NCBI GenBank assembly: GCA_005239965.1
Contig: SBAV01000548.1
Location: 1 to 20,091 of the forward strand
DNA from: Methylobacter tundripaludum
GTDB taxonomy: Bacteria; Pseudomonadota; Gammaproteobacteria; Methylococcales; Methylomonadaceae
Direction of reading: 5' to 3'
Length of the DNA: 20,091 nucleotides
Shown here: positions 1-7,590 of the stretch, piece after piece
How the letters are laid out: every line of letters begins with the position of its first letter
Numbering within the stretch: position 1 is the stretch's first letter
Position numbers and translations under genes: made by a program
Notes under the pieces: generated by a model
The model's input: the letters and a program-made list of their open reading frames with translations, nothing else
Database searches by the model: none
What the model was told of the DNA's origin: nothing

Positions 1-10
1 GTATAGGCTT

Positions 11-66
11 GTGACCAATTGCCGGATTTTCGTTACGAAACACCGGTTTTTCGTGATGAAAATGAG
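11..66 (+). repeat. Copy 1 of an imperfect ~55-bp direct repeat flanking the SPFH gene. It contains a plus-strand hairpin (22-46) followed by TTTTT (47-51).
   Basis: GTGACCAATTGCCGGATTTTCGTTACGAAACACCGGTTTTTCGTGATGAAAATGAG aligns at ~70% identity with 2180-2236. Shared core GGTTTT-YY-GTGATGAA. Confidence 0.5.
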
Positions 67-98
67 AGCTGAACAATAATGTCAGCCCCACTGAGAAT

Positions 99-2090
99 TC
101 ACGGTTGATCGGGCGTTTGCGTTGAATGACTCACTAACTGGGCAAGATAAGCCGATACCAGGCCACCAGTTGCATCACTCCCCTGCACCAAAAAATCAGG
201 GGTGATCTTCACATTGCCGATAGCAATCTGCTTGGCAATTTCAATGGCAGTAACACCATGTCCACCAATCGCCTTGTTTTGCAGGTCATAACTTTCAGCG
301 GTGGATTGACCGATTGCCAAAATACGAGCCGCTTCAGCCTCACCCTGAACCCGTATTCCCGCTGCTTCACCTTCTGAAATCAGGCGTTTAGATTCGCTTT
401 CCGCTTCAGCCGAAATAACCGTTTTAAGTTTGGCTTGGGTGGCGATTTGCACACCGATTTCGGCATCCACCAGTTTGGGTTGCATATCCGCTTGGGCGCG
501 TTTTTTCTCCATAGTGGCACGTTGCTCTTCGGCATACCCTTCGGCTTTGTACATTTCCATTTGTTCTCTGGCAATGATGCGCTGCGTCTGGGTATCCATT
601 AACTCTTGCGGTAAATTGATTTGGCATATCAGGACCGAAACACACTCAACGTGGTATTTTTCCAGCTCGATACGTGCGCGTTCTTCCACTTTCTTTTGCT
701 CAACTTGACGATCCAGCATAAAGCTCATTGCAGACGTTTCAGAAGCCTGATTACGTAAGGATGAGGCGACTGTTGGCTGAATAACGTGCTGCACCAAATT
801 ATCGATAGAGCCAATCTTGGCGACCATATACGGTGCTTGATCCGGGCGAACCCGGATGATGACTTTCATGGCTATTTCAATCATAAAGCCATCTTTGGAA
901 ATCACTTGCAGCGGTTTGAATAGGGGATGTTGGTCTTCCGTTGCCCAATTGATGATGATATTGGTGGTGTCGATAATATAAGCGATCTCAGCACACAGGT
1001 TTAAATAGTACCGGCCTGGCCCCATGACATTTTGTTGGATGCCGCGATAGCCAGCCGATACCACATAACGCTCTTGCCCAGCGACATGCTCTGTCGCTGC
1101 CAGCGAAGCAATGTCCACGGGTGGCTCTGCCCCGATATTGGATACAATCACGGCGACTTGTCCTCGTTGCACTTCGGTGATCTGCTCAAGTGTAATGTTG
1201 AACATAGATGGATTGATGTAGTAAGTGCCGGGTTTAAGCACTTCCAGTTGTGGTCCACGTTGGCCGCCAGCTTCCAGAAACATAGAGGCATTCTGATAAT
1301 CCATGTGGTTTTCAACCTTTTTGGCCACAAATTCATTGTCAGGTAACGGTGCACCGTCCAGCGCCGTTACCAAGCCGATATTGGCGACCGGAATAATCGT
1401 CGCTGGATGTATTTCTATCTTGAATAACGCCGTATTGATGCGGTAAGCGCCTGGCATCAATACATCTATTTGTGGCCCACGTTGCCCTCCGTGACTGAGA
1501 AAGGCCTGGCCATTTTCAAAATTGTTATGACCTTCGACATGCCTGGCCAGTAAGCGCCCAGATGTTATAGGTGCGCCATCCAAAGCGGTGATAATGCCGA
1601 TTTTACCCGGTGGAATTTCGATGGCCTTGGCGATAGTGAGTTTAAATAATACGGGATTAAGACGGTATGTGCCTGGCGGAATAACTTCCACTTGCGGGCC
1701 TTTTTCACCACCGCCCAACAAAAATGCTTCGCCATCCTGGAAAGCATTATGGTTATCCACCACTTTGGCGAAAATATGTCCTTGTGGAATAGAACGGCCA
1801 TCAACGGCTTCAATTATGCCAATTTCATCCTCGGCAATAACGGTAAAGGCAGATTTTCGGAGGCTGTAGACAATGGGGTTTAAGAAATATAAACCAGGTC
1901 CCAGAATGCGTGCCTGTACGCCAATTTCGTTGCCTACGGCGATAACATGCCCATCAGTCATGGTTTTGCCAAAGTACCGACGCTCTAAAATGGCGATTTG
2001 ATTGCCGCCAACCACCACAATGGGCACCAGTATGCGAAAGAAGATATAAGCACCGATAACACATAGGCCAATAATTATTAGATTCAACAT
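99..2090 (-). CDS. SPFH/band-7 family membrane protein (flotillin/YqiK-like) with four internal ~74-aa tandem repeats and a charged E/A/K/Q-rich C-terminal coiled-coil region
   Basis: 663-aa ORF. The N-terminal hydrophobic segment (LIIIGLCVIGAYIFFRILVPIVVV) looks like a membrane anchor. The SPFH-like start (GGNQIAILERRYFGK...GPGLYFLNP) is followed by repeats with PG at aa 65, 139, 213 and 287. The SPFH core (FMIEIAMKVIIRVRPD) and a stomatin/flotillin-like EA-rich tail (QRIIAREQMEMYKAEGYAEEQRA...EAEAARILA) follow. On the minus strand an AGGA sits 7 nt upstream of the ATG. Confidence 0.8.
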   Translation of the reverse strand: MLNLIIIGLCVIGAYIFFRILVPIVVVGGNQIAILERRYFGKTMTDGHVIAVGNEIGVQARILGPGLYFLNPIVYSLRKSAFTVIAEDEIGIIEAVDGRSIPQGHIFAKVVDNHNAFQDGEAFLLGGGEKGPQVEVIPPGTYRLNPVLFKLTIAKAIEIPPGKIGIITALDGAPITSGRLLARHVEGHNNFENGQAFLSHGGQRGPQIDVLMPGAYRINTALFKIEIHPATIIPVANIGLVTALDGAPLPDNEFVAKKVENHMDYQNASMFLEAGGQRGPQLEVLKPGTYYINPSMFNITLEQITEVQRGQVAVIVSNIGAEPPVDIASLAATEHVAGQERYVVSAGYRGIQQNVMGPGRYYLNLCAEIAYIIDTTNIIINWATEDQHPLFKPLQVISKDGFMIEIAMKVIIRVRPDQAPYMVAKIGSIDNLVQHVIQPTVASSLRNQASETSAMSFMLDRQVEQKKVEERARIELEKYHVECVSVLICQINLPQELMDTQTQRIIAREQMEMYKAEGYAEEQRATMEKKRAQADMQPKLVDAEIGVQIATQAKLKTVISAEAESESKRLISEGEAAGIRVQGEAEAARILAIGQSTAESYDLQNKAIGGHGVTAIEIAKQIAIGNVKITPDFLVQGSDATGGLVSAYLAQLVSHSTQTPDQP
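998..1907 (-). repeat. Intragenic tandem coding repeats (4 x ~222 bp / 74 aa) inside the SPFH gene. Repeats 2 and 3 (about 1239-1682) are the most similar.
   Basis: The protein shows a 74-residue periodicity: PG-Y-[LI]NP ... IG[IL][IV][TE]A[LV]DG ... H..[FY][EQ][ND]G.AFL..GG..GPQ[VIL][ED]V. Anchors at aa 65, 139, 213, 287 and 358. Confidence 0.6.
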
Positions 2091-2179
2091 TGTTTTTTCC
2101 TGATAGTGAGTATGACTACCCGCATTTGTAGCGTGTCGTTTGTAATTATCATCAGAAAAAAGGCAAATCCTATAACCCC

Positions 2180-2236
2180 GTGGCCAACTCCGGTATTTTT
2201 AACGTGAACCACAGGTTTTCTGTGATGAACAGGCGC
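2180..2236 (+). repeat. Copy 2 of the same direct repeat, in the divergent SPFH/oxygenase intergenic region. It contains CACAG-gtttt-CTGTG (2210-2224).
   Basis: GTGGCCAACTCCGGTATTTTTAACGTGAACCACAGGTTTTCTGTGATGAACAGGCGC. Same orientation as copy 1. Confidence 0.5.
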
Positions 2237-2295
2237 GATAAGTCTGGGCGGCTTTGCTAAGATATTAATTATTGTTAACGAGAGGATATAAGACC

Positions 2296-2853
2296 ATGCT
2301 CGAATACCAATGGATCAATGAAGATATTTCCACTGTTGCTGAGTTTTTCACGCCCGATGAATGCGATGCCTACATTCAGCTTGCCGAATCAAGAGGTTTT
2401 AGTATTGCACCGATCAGCACTGCATTCGGGCCACAAATTCATCTGGCAATACGTAACAATACGCGCGTAATGATTGATGATCCTGAGCGTGCCGAGCAAT
2501 TTTGGCAGAGGTCAGTTGATTATGTCCCAGATTACATGGCGGATTGGTGTACGGTGGGTATTAATGAGCGCTTACGTTTTTACCGTTATGATGTCGGCCA
2601 GCAGTTTGATTGGCATTATGATGGCGCGTTCCGACGTTCAATCAGCGAACGCAGCCGATTGACATTTATGGTTTATCTTAATGACAATTTCGAAGGTGGC
2701 CATACAGCATTTGAAGATTATTGCGATGTGGTTCCTAAGAAAGGCATGGCTTTGTTCTTTACTCATGAAATTTACCACAAAGGTCAGCCGGTAACTGCGG
2801 GTCGGAAATATGTACTTCGATCTGATGTGATGTATCGTCGAAAGGATGGATAA
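2296..2853 (+). CDS. 2OG-Fe(II) oxygenase, prolyl-4-hydroxylase-like (P4Hc/PF13640-type)
   Basis: HxD...H iron triad (DWHYDGAF ... EGGHTAFE) and an RKYVLRSD 2OG-binding Arg region, plus a P4Hc-like YLND/GGHT pattern. AGAGGA lies 7 nt upstream of the ATG at 2296. The ORF track starts at TTG 2272, but the ATG with an SD is preferred. Confidence 0.75.
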   Translation: MLEYQWINEDISTVAEFFTPDECDAYIQLAESRGFSIAPISTAFGPQIHLAIRNNTRVMIDDPERAEQFWQRSVDYVPDYMADWCTVGINERLRFYRYDVGQQFDWHYDGAFRRSISERSRLTFMVYLNDNFEGGHTAFEDYCDVVPKKGMALFFTHEIYHKGQPVTAGRKYVLRSDVMYRRKDG

Positions 2854-2972
2854 ATCAGAAGGATGGTGTTAGGTGTTAGTAGAGTCTTTATTCAAGCGTT
2901 TTTTCAGCGCAATACCATTGCCCAGCGTGAATGGCGTATCATGTGAGGCTAATTAATTGCGCTGAAAGCCCT

Positions 2973-5900
2973 ATGTTTACCCTGTATAACGCCAATAAAA
3001 CTGAAAATCTGCTGGCCGATCTCATCACGGTTATTGAAAATAAACCGCTGTCGTCACCTTTTGAAAAAGAAGTGTTTCTTGTTCAACATCCGGGTATGGA
3101 ACGCTGGTTGTCACAAAAACTGGCCAGCCACTTTATGGTGTGGGGAAACTACCAGTTTTTAGCCCCCGGTATTTTTTTTAATGCCATGGCCCAGAAAATA
3201 AACAGCCAGTTAAACAATGACGTGTTTGACCGGAATGTTATGCTGTGGCGCATTGAGAGCTTATTGCGTGATCTTCAAGAAAGTGAATTTGCGCCGCTAA
3301 CGCAGTATTTGACTGGCAAAAATATCGCTTTAAAACGCTATCAATTAGCCCGTAACCTTGCGCAAATTTTTGATCGGTATCAGATGCTGCGCCCTGATAT
3401 GCTGGCAGCGTGGCAACAAGATCAACTGGTTTGCCGTAATGAAACTGAACTTTGGCAAAAATCGCTCTGGCAACGACTCAATATTCAGTTAGGCCACAAA
3501 AATAAAGCGCTGTTGTGGCAGAATGTTATTGCGAAACTGAATGCAGCGGAAGCAGGCACATTCACAGCGCAGTTACCGGAACATCTTTTCATTTTTGGCA
3601 TAAATCACTTGTCGCCGATTATGCTGGATTTTTTGCAGGGTTTAGCCCGGCATTGCCAGGTGCATTTTTTCTTGCTCAATCCCATGCCGAGCGCATCTAC
3701 GCAAAACCATCTTCCGTTGCAACCGCAACATCCCTTGCTAGTTAGCTTAGGCCAACAGGGCTGTGAATTTCAGGAAATGTTATTGGAGCGTAGATTGTTT
3801 GAAGGCGCATCAGCAAATACTACGAATACAGAATCCAGAAAAACCATTCTGGAACACCTACAGCACGATATTACGAACAACCCGCAAAAGCCGCAGCAGC
3901 GGTGCAAAGATGCTTCCATCAATATTCATGCCTGCCATTCACGTATGCGCGAAGTCGAGGTATTGCGGAATCAGTTACTCAAGGCACTGGAGCAAAATCC
4001 TGATCTGGAATTGCGCGATATTGTGGTGATGTCACCGGATATACAATCTTATGTACCGTTTATTTCCGCTGTTTTTAACGATATACAACACAATATCGCT
4101 GATCGTACCTTGTTGATGACGAATCATGCGCTCAATGCCTTTATTGATTTTTTGCAAATTAGCCAAAGCCGTTTCGGCTGGAAAAATGTGGTCGATTTAC
4201 TGGAACGCCCTGTCATTTATCCGGGTTTTGATTTGTCTGACAGCGATCTGGATTTGATCAAGCATTGGCTGCAAGATACCCGTGTGCGTTGGGGGAAATC
4301 CGCTGAGCACAGACAAGAGCTGGATGTGTTCGCCTGCGCTGAAAATACCTGGCAGGCCATGCTGGACAGGTTACTGATGGGTTATGCACTGGGCGATGAC
4401 AGCGCATTTGTTGATGGCGTATTGCCTTATAAAGATATTGAAGGTTCATCTGCACAGGCATTGGGGGGGCTGCATGATTTTATCCAGCTTTTGTTTAACG
4501 CTAATACACAACTTAAGCAGCCAATGGCGCTGGCAAATTGGGGAAAATTGCTGTATGAATACGCAGATCAGTTACTGGTTGCGGCAGATTCTACCGAACG
4601 GCAACAGCTTAACGAATTACTGCTGGAATTGTCCTCCACACTGGCTGATGTACACCAGGAAAGCGTTGATTTGCAGGTGATTATCCTTTGGCTGCAAGAC
4701 CAGGTCAGTACATCGTCGCAGCGCGATGCAGGCAGCGGGTTTTTACGGGGGCAACTGACGTTCTGTGCCATGCAGCCGATGCGGGTGATTCCATTTAAAG
4801 TGATTGCCTTATTGGGCATGAATGAGGGCGATTTCCCGCGTATGGATCAGCGTCCTACCTTCGACTTAACCGCGCAATCGATCCGTAAAGGCGACAGCTC
4901 AAGGCGATCCGATGATCGTTATCAATTTTTGGAAATTTTGTTGTCAACACGGCAGCAATTGATTATCACGTACGTGGGGCAGTCGATTATTCATAATAAC
5001 CGTATCCCACCGGCTATTGTGGTCAGCGAATTGCTGGATGTCTTGCGCGACAGCTATCAAATTTCTGGCCTTATCACCTATCATCCCTTACATGCCTTTG
5101 CGGCAGATTATTTTAAGGGGTTGCCAGATTTGTTCAGTTTTTCAGAAACGGATTGCACAACAGCCAAGGCCTTGTTGCAGCCCAAAATCGAACCTGGCGT
5201 ATGGTGGCAAGGCGCGTTAACGCCGCCCGAAAACAAGGTGCTTGAGCTTGGCGATTTGTTCCGTTTTTTTCAGCATCCACAGCGCTATTTTATGAAGCGG
5301 CAATTGGATGTGCGATTTTACGGCATTGAAGCAGAACCTGGGGAACGCGAAGATTTTGCTTTGGAGACGCTGGACAGGTATTTCAGTTTGAACCATGGCA
5401 TACAGGAAGGCTTGAAAGGCCAGGCGATGTCGGTCGATAAGCTGCAAGCGCAAGGACGTTGGTTGTCTGGGGTAATGGGGGAATTGGAAGCGGAACGGCA
5501 TCAAAACATCATTGACGACTTTGTTGAACGCATCAATGCCCTAAAGCTGGGTGAAAAGTGCGATGATTTGCCGGTTGATATCACGGTAGGCGAGTATCGT
5601 CTGGTGGGCGCATTGGGCAATCGCTACCAAAACGGCAGTCTGTTTTACCGCTATGCAGCACTGAAAGGCAAAGATTTTGTGTGTGCGGTATTGCATCACC
5701 TCATCATCAATCAACTATGTCCACAAACAACAACTTTGCTCAGCGCTGATGACGAAATCGTATTATTGCCGGAACATTGCCAAGCCCATTATTTACTGGG
5801 GCTGATCGATATTTACCAGCAAGGCCAGCAACGGCCCGATGCTTTCTTTGTAGAGCCGGCGTTAGCCTATGTGCAACAAGCGTGTAAACCCGGCGCTAAT

Positions 5901-6086
5901 GCGGATGAACTAGCGTTTGACAAAGCCAGACAGCAATTCGCAAAAGCCATTGACCAAGCGCATGAATTGGAACTTCAGCGCTTGTACGCTGCAAAGACGG
6001 ATATAGATTCGCTTTTAGGGGGGGCATTCGAGCAGTTGTGCAGGGAGATTCTACTGCCCTTGTGGGAGGCTACGCATTATCAGTAG
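2973..6086 (+). CDS. recC: Exodeoxyribonuclease V gamma subunit RecC
   Basis: The N-terminus MFTLYNANKTENLLADL...FEKEVFLVQHPGMERWL parallels E. coli RecC (MLRVYHSNRLDVLEAL...FEPEMILVQSTGMAQWL). Internal PMRVIPFKVIALLGMNEGDFPR and KGDSSRRSDDRYQFLEILLSTRQQLIITYVGQSI match RecC motifs. The start was chosen at ATG 2973 by homology. The ORF track begins at ATG 2931, and neither start has a strong SD. Confidence 0.85.
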   Translation: MFTLYNANKTENLLADLITVIENKPLSSPFEKEVFLVQHPGMERWLSQKLASHFMVWGNYQFLAPGIFFNAMAQKINSQLNNDVFDRNVMLWRIESLLRDLQESEFAPLTQYLTGKNIALKRYQLARNLAQIFDRYQMLRPDMLAAWQQDQLVCRNETELWQKSLWQRLNIQLGHKNKALLWQNVIAKLNAAEAGTFTAQLPEHLFIFGINHLSPIMLDFLQGLARHCQVHFFLLNPMPSASTQNHLPLQPQHPLLVSLGQQGCEFQEMLLERRLFEGASANTTNTESRKTILEHLQHDITNNPQKPQQRCKDASINIHACHSRMREVEVLRNQLLKALEQNPDLELRDIVVMSPDIQSYVPFISAVFNDIQHNIADRTLLMTNHALNAFIDFLQISQSRFGWKNVVDLLERPVIYPGFDLSDSDLDLIKHWLQDTRVRWGKSAEHRQELDVFACAENTWQAMLDRLLMGYALGDDSAFVDGVLPYKDIEGSSAQALGGLHDFIQLLFNANTQLKQPMALANWGKLLYEYADQLLVAADSTERQQLNELLLELSSTLADVHQESVDLQVIILWLQDQVSTSSQRDAGSGFLRGQLTFCAMQPMRVIPFKVIALLGMNEGDFPRMDQRPTFDLTAQSIRKGDSSRRSDDRYQFLEILLSTRQQLIITYVGQSIIHNNRIPPAIVVSELLDVLRDSYQISGLITYHPLHAFAADYFKGLPDLFSFSETDCTTAKALLQPKIEPGVWWQGALTPPENKVLELGDLFRFFQHPQRYFMKRQLDVRFYGIEAEPGEREDFALETLDRYFSLNHGIQEGLKGQAMSVDKLQAQGRWLSGVMGELEAERHQNIIDDFVERINALKLGEKCDDLPVDITVGEYRLVGALGNRYQNGSLFYRYAALKGKDFVCAVLHHLIINQLCPQTTTLLSADDEIVLLPEHCQAHYLLGLIDIYQQGQQRPDAFFVEPALAYVQQACKPGANADELAFDKARQQFAKAIDQAHELELQRLYAAKTDIDSLLGGAFEQLCREILLPLWEATHYQ

Positions 6087-6110
6087 AGACGCAAAATATT
6101 ACGTCTCTAC
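6083..6110. terminator. Perfect 9-bp inverted repeat (GTAGAGACG/CGTCTCTAC, 10-nt loop) between convergent recC and the hydrolase gene. Possible bidirectional terminator or structural hairpin. No U-tract on either side.
   Basis: Seen directly. Left arm 6083-6091, right arm 6102-6110. It overlaps the recC stop TAG at 6084-6086. Confidence 0.35.
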
Positions 6111-6129
6111 GGTACGCGATCTGTACGAA

Positions 6130-6849
6130 TCAGGCAAAGATTTCCGCCAGAAAATTTTTCATGGCCTGCCAGGATCGCCTGTCAGCATCTGCCTGGAAAA
6201 ACATACCGCCTGCCCGGTCATTGGCGGCCGGATTGGTAAACGCATGGCTGGTATTGCCATAGGTGTGCAATTGCCAATCTGCGCCGGCTGCGGTCATTTC
6301 CTGTTCGAAAGCGATAACGTCGGCAATGGGTGCAAGCGGGTCATCATTGCCGTGTAACGCCAGCACTTTGGCTTTAATGGGATGGGTTTTGATGTCATCC
6401 TGCGCATGTAGCAAGCCATGAAAACTGACTACACCTTTAATATCAACGCCGGATCGGGCTAAATCAAGCACACACAAACCGCCAAAACAGAATCCGATTG
6501 CCGCCATAGTATGGCCATCTACCCAGGGCATAATCTTTGCGTTGCGGTATATTGCCATAAGGCGTTTTCTCAACAGCAATCTGTCGTCAATGAAAGGCTG
6601 CATGAGTTTGGCGTTTTCTTCAGGACCTGATCCTAGAATACCTTTACCGTACATATCAACGGCAATGCCCACATAACCCAGTTCGGCAATCTTTTTGGCC
6701 TTTCCGGCGACAAAATCGTCGCGGCCACACCATGTATGATGAATTAAAACCGCCGGCCGATGATCGGCAAGGGTATCATCATAGGCAACAAATGCCTCCA
6801 ACAAGGCTTCGCCATCCCGGTAATTTGCAGTCGTTGTGATTATTGCCAT
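6130..6849 (-). CDS. Dienelactone hydrolase family protein (alpha/beta hydrolase)
   Basis: 239 aa with a GFCFGG nucleophile-elbow-like motif and a downstream HG...D/H pattern typical of the DLH family. GGGGAGA SD 5 nt upstream. A 30-bp gap separates it from the upstream phosphatase gene on the same strand. Confidence 0.75.
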   Translation of the reverse strand: MAIITTTANYRDGEALLEAFVAYDDTLADHRPAVLIHHTWCGRDDFVAGKAKKIAELGYVGIAVDMYGKGILGSGPEENAKLMQPFIDDRLLLRKRLMAIYRNAKIMPWVDGHTMAAIGFCFGGLCVLDLARSGVDIKGVVSFHGLLHAQDDIKTHPIKAKVLALHGNDDPLAPIADVIAFEQEMTAAGADWQLHTYGNTSHAFTNPAANDRAGGMFFQADADRRSWQAMKNFLAEIFA

Positions 6850-6879
6850 AGTATTCTCCCCAATTGCTGTGAATCAATG

Positions 6880-7365
6880 TTATTTTCCACGATTTGTTTT
6901 TTGTACGTGGGTTAAAAAACCTATCGACGCCGCTTCAATCATATCCAAGACTTTTTCAAATCCGGATTTGCCCCCGTAATAAGGATCAGGTACTTCGCGC
7001 GTTTCCAGTTGTGGCGCATAATCAAGAAAATATTGCACTTTCTTTTTGTATCGGGCAGGGCAAGGCACCATCAGGCTTGCATAATTATGGCTGTCCATCA
7101 CTAAAATAAAATCGAACTTTTCGAAATCCTCAGCACATACTTTTCGGGCACGTAAATGGCCAAGCACAATGCCGCGCTCATTGGCAGCCTTTTGCGCGCG
7201 CAAATCCGGTGCTTCACCAATATGATAAGCGTGTGTGCCGGCCGAATCGATTAAGAATTGTGATTCAACACCCTGATCTTTGACGAGTTTGGCAAATACG
7301 CCTTCGGCAGTAGGGGATCTGCAAATATTCCCCATACACACGAAAAGCACTTTAGTTGTTGTCAT
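6880..7365 (-). CDS. Low-molecular-weight protein-tyrosine phosphatase
   Basis: 161 aa. N-terminal P-loop VLFVCMGNICRSP (CX5R) and a DPYYG general-acid loop. Size and motif positions are canonical for LMW-PTP. Confidence 0.85.
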   Translation of the reverse strand: MTTTKVLFVCMGNICRSPTAEGVFAKLVKDQGVESQFLIDSAGTHAYHIGEAPDLRAQKAANERGIVLGHLRARKVCAEDFEKFDFILVMDSHNYASLMVPCPARYKKKVQYFLDYAPQLETREVPDPYYGGKSGFEKVLDMIEAASIGFLTHVQKTNRGK

Positions 7366-7549
7366 GGTTATTTTTTAACAATACCGAAGCTGTCGAAAGG
7401 AACCTATTGTAACGCTTGCTTACTAAAAATGAATAACATCATCGGGGGAAAAATCAATGCCTGAAGTTTGCCATAAGCCAGCGTAAAGTAAAAATTATTA
7501 TGGTGTACTGATTTTTTCCAGCTTAATGTGAAATATATCATTCTTGATC

Positions 7550-7555
7550 TATAAT
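7550..7555 (+). promoter_or_regulatory. Candidate -10 hexamer TATAAT for ftsK, 36 nt upstream of the start. The -35 is weak.
   Basis: Seen in the AT-rich divergent intergenic region 7366-7590. Only the -10 is convincing. Confidence 0.25.
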
Positions 7556-7590
7556 CATGTTTCTCATGTTAATTATTTTTAGGTGCTAGT

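Noticed and set aside
380-1883. Several 60-104 aa ORFs on both strands inside the SPFH gene (e.g. 430-708 +, 1032-1346 +, 1588-1869 +)
   Set aside because: All are embedded in, and out of frame or antisense to, a long ORF with clear family motifs. They are low-complexity, Cys/Trp-rich translations typical of shadow ORFs.
2221-2236. TGTGA motif (CRP half-site-like) inside repeat copy 2
   Set aside because: No TCACA partner at the required 6-bp spacing. The TGTGATGAA string recurs in copy 1 as CGTGATGAA, so it is better explained by the direct repeat itself.
11-2236. Interpreting the flanking direct repeats as att sites of a mobile element or genomic islet
   Set aside because: No integrase, transposase, tRNA target or other cargo is present. 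The bracketed segment is a single housekeeping-type gene. It is kept as a finding but not called a mobile element.
2272-2295. TTG start for the oxygenase (ORF-track start), and ATG 2931 as the recC start
   Set aside because: For the oxygenase, the ATG at 2296 has an AGAGGA SD at ideal spacing. The RecC homology (MLRVYHSNRL-like N-terminus) begins at the Met encoded at 2973. The extra 14 residues from 2931 have no SD or homology. Both alternatives remain possible.
7506-7521. LexA-box-like TACTG-N-CAG upstream of ftsK (ftsK is SOS-regulated in E. coli)
   Set aside because: Only 8 nt separate CTG and CAG, whereas CTGT-N8-ACAG needs 10. The flanking T and A are also not matched. This is not a credible SOS box.
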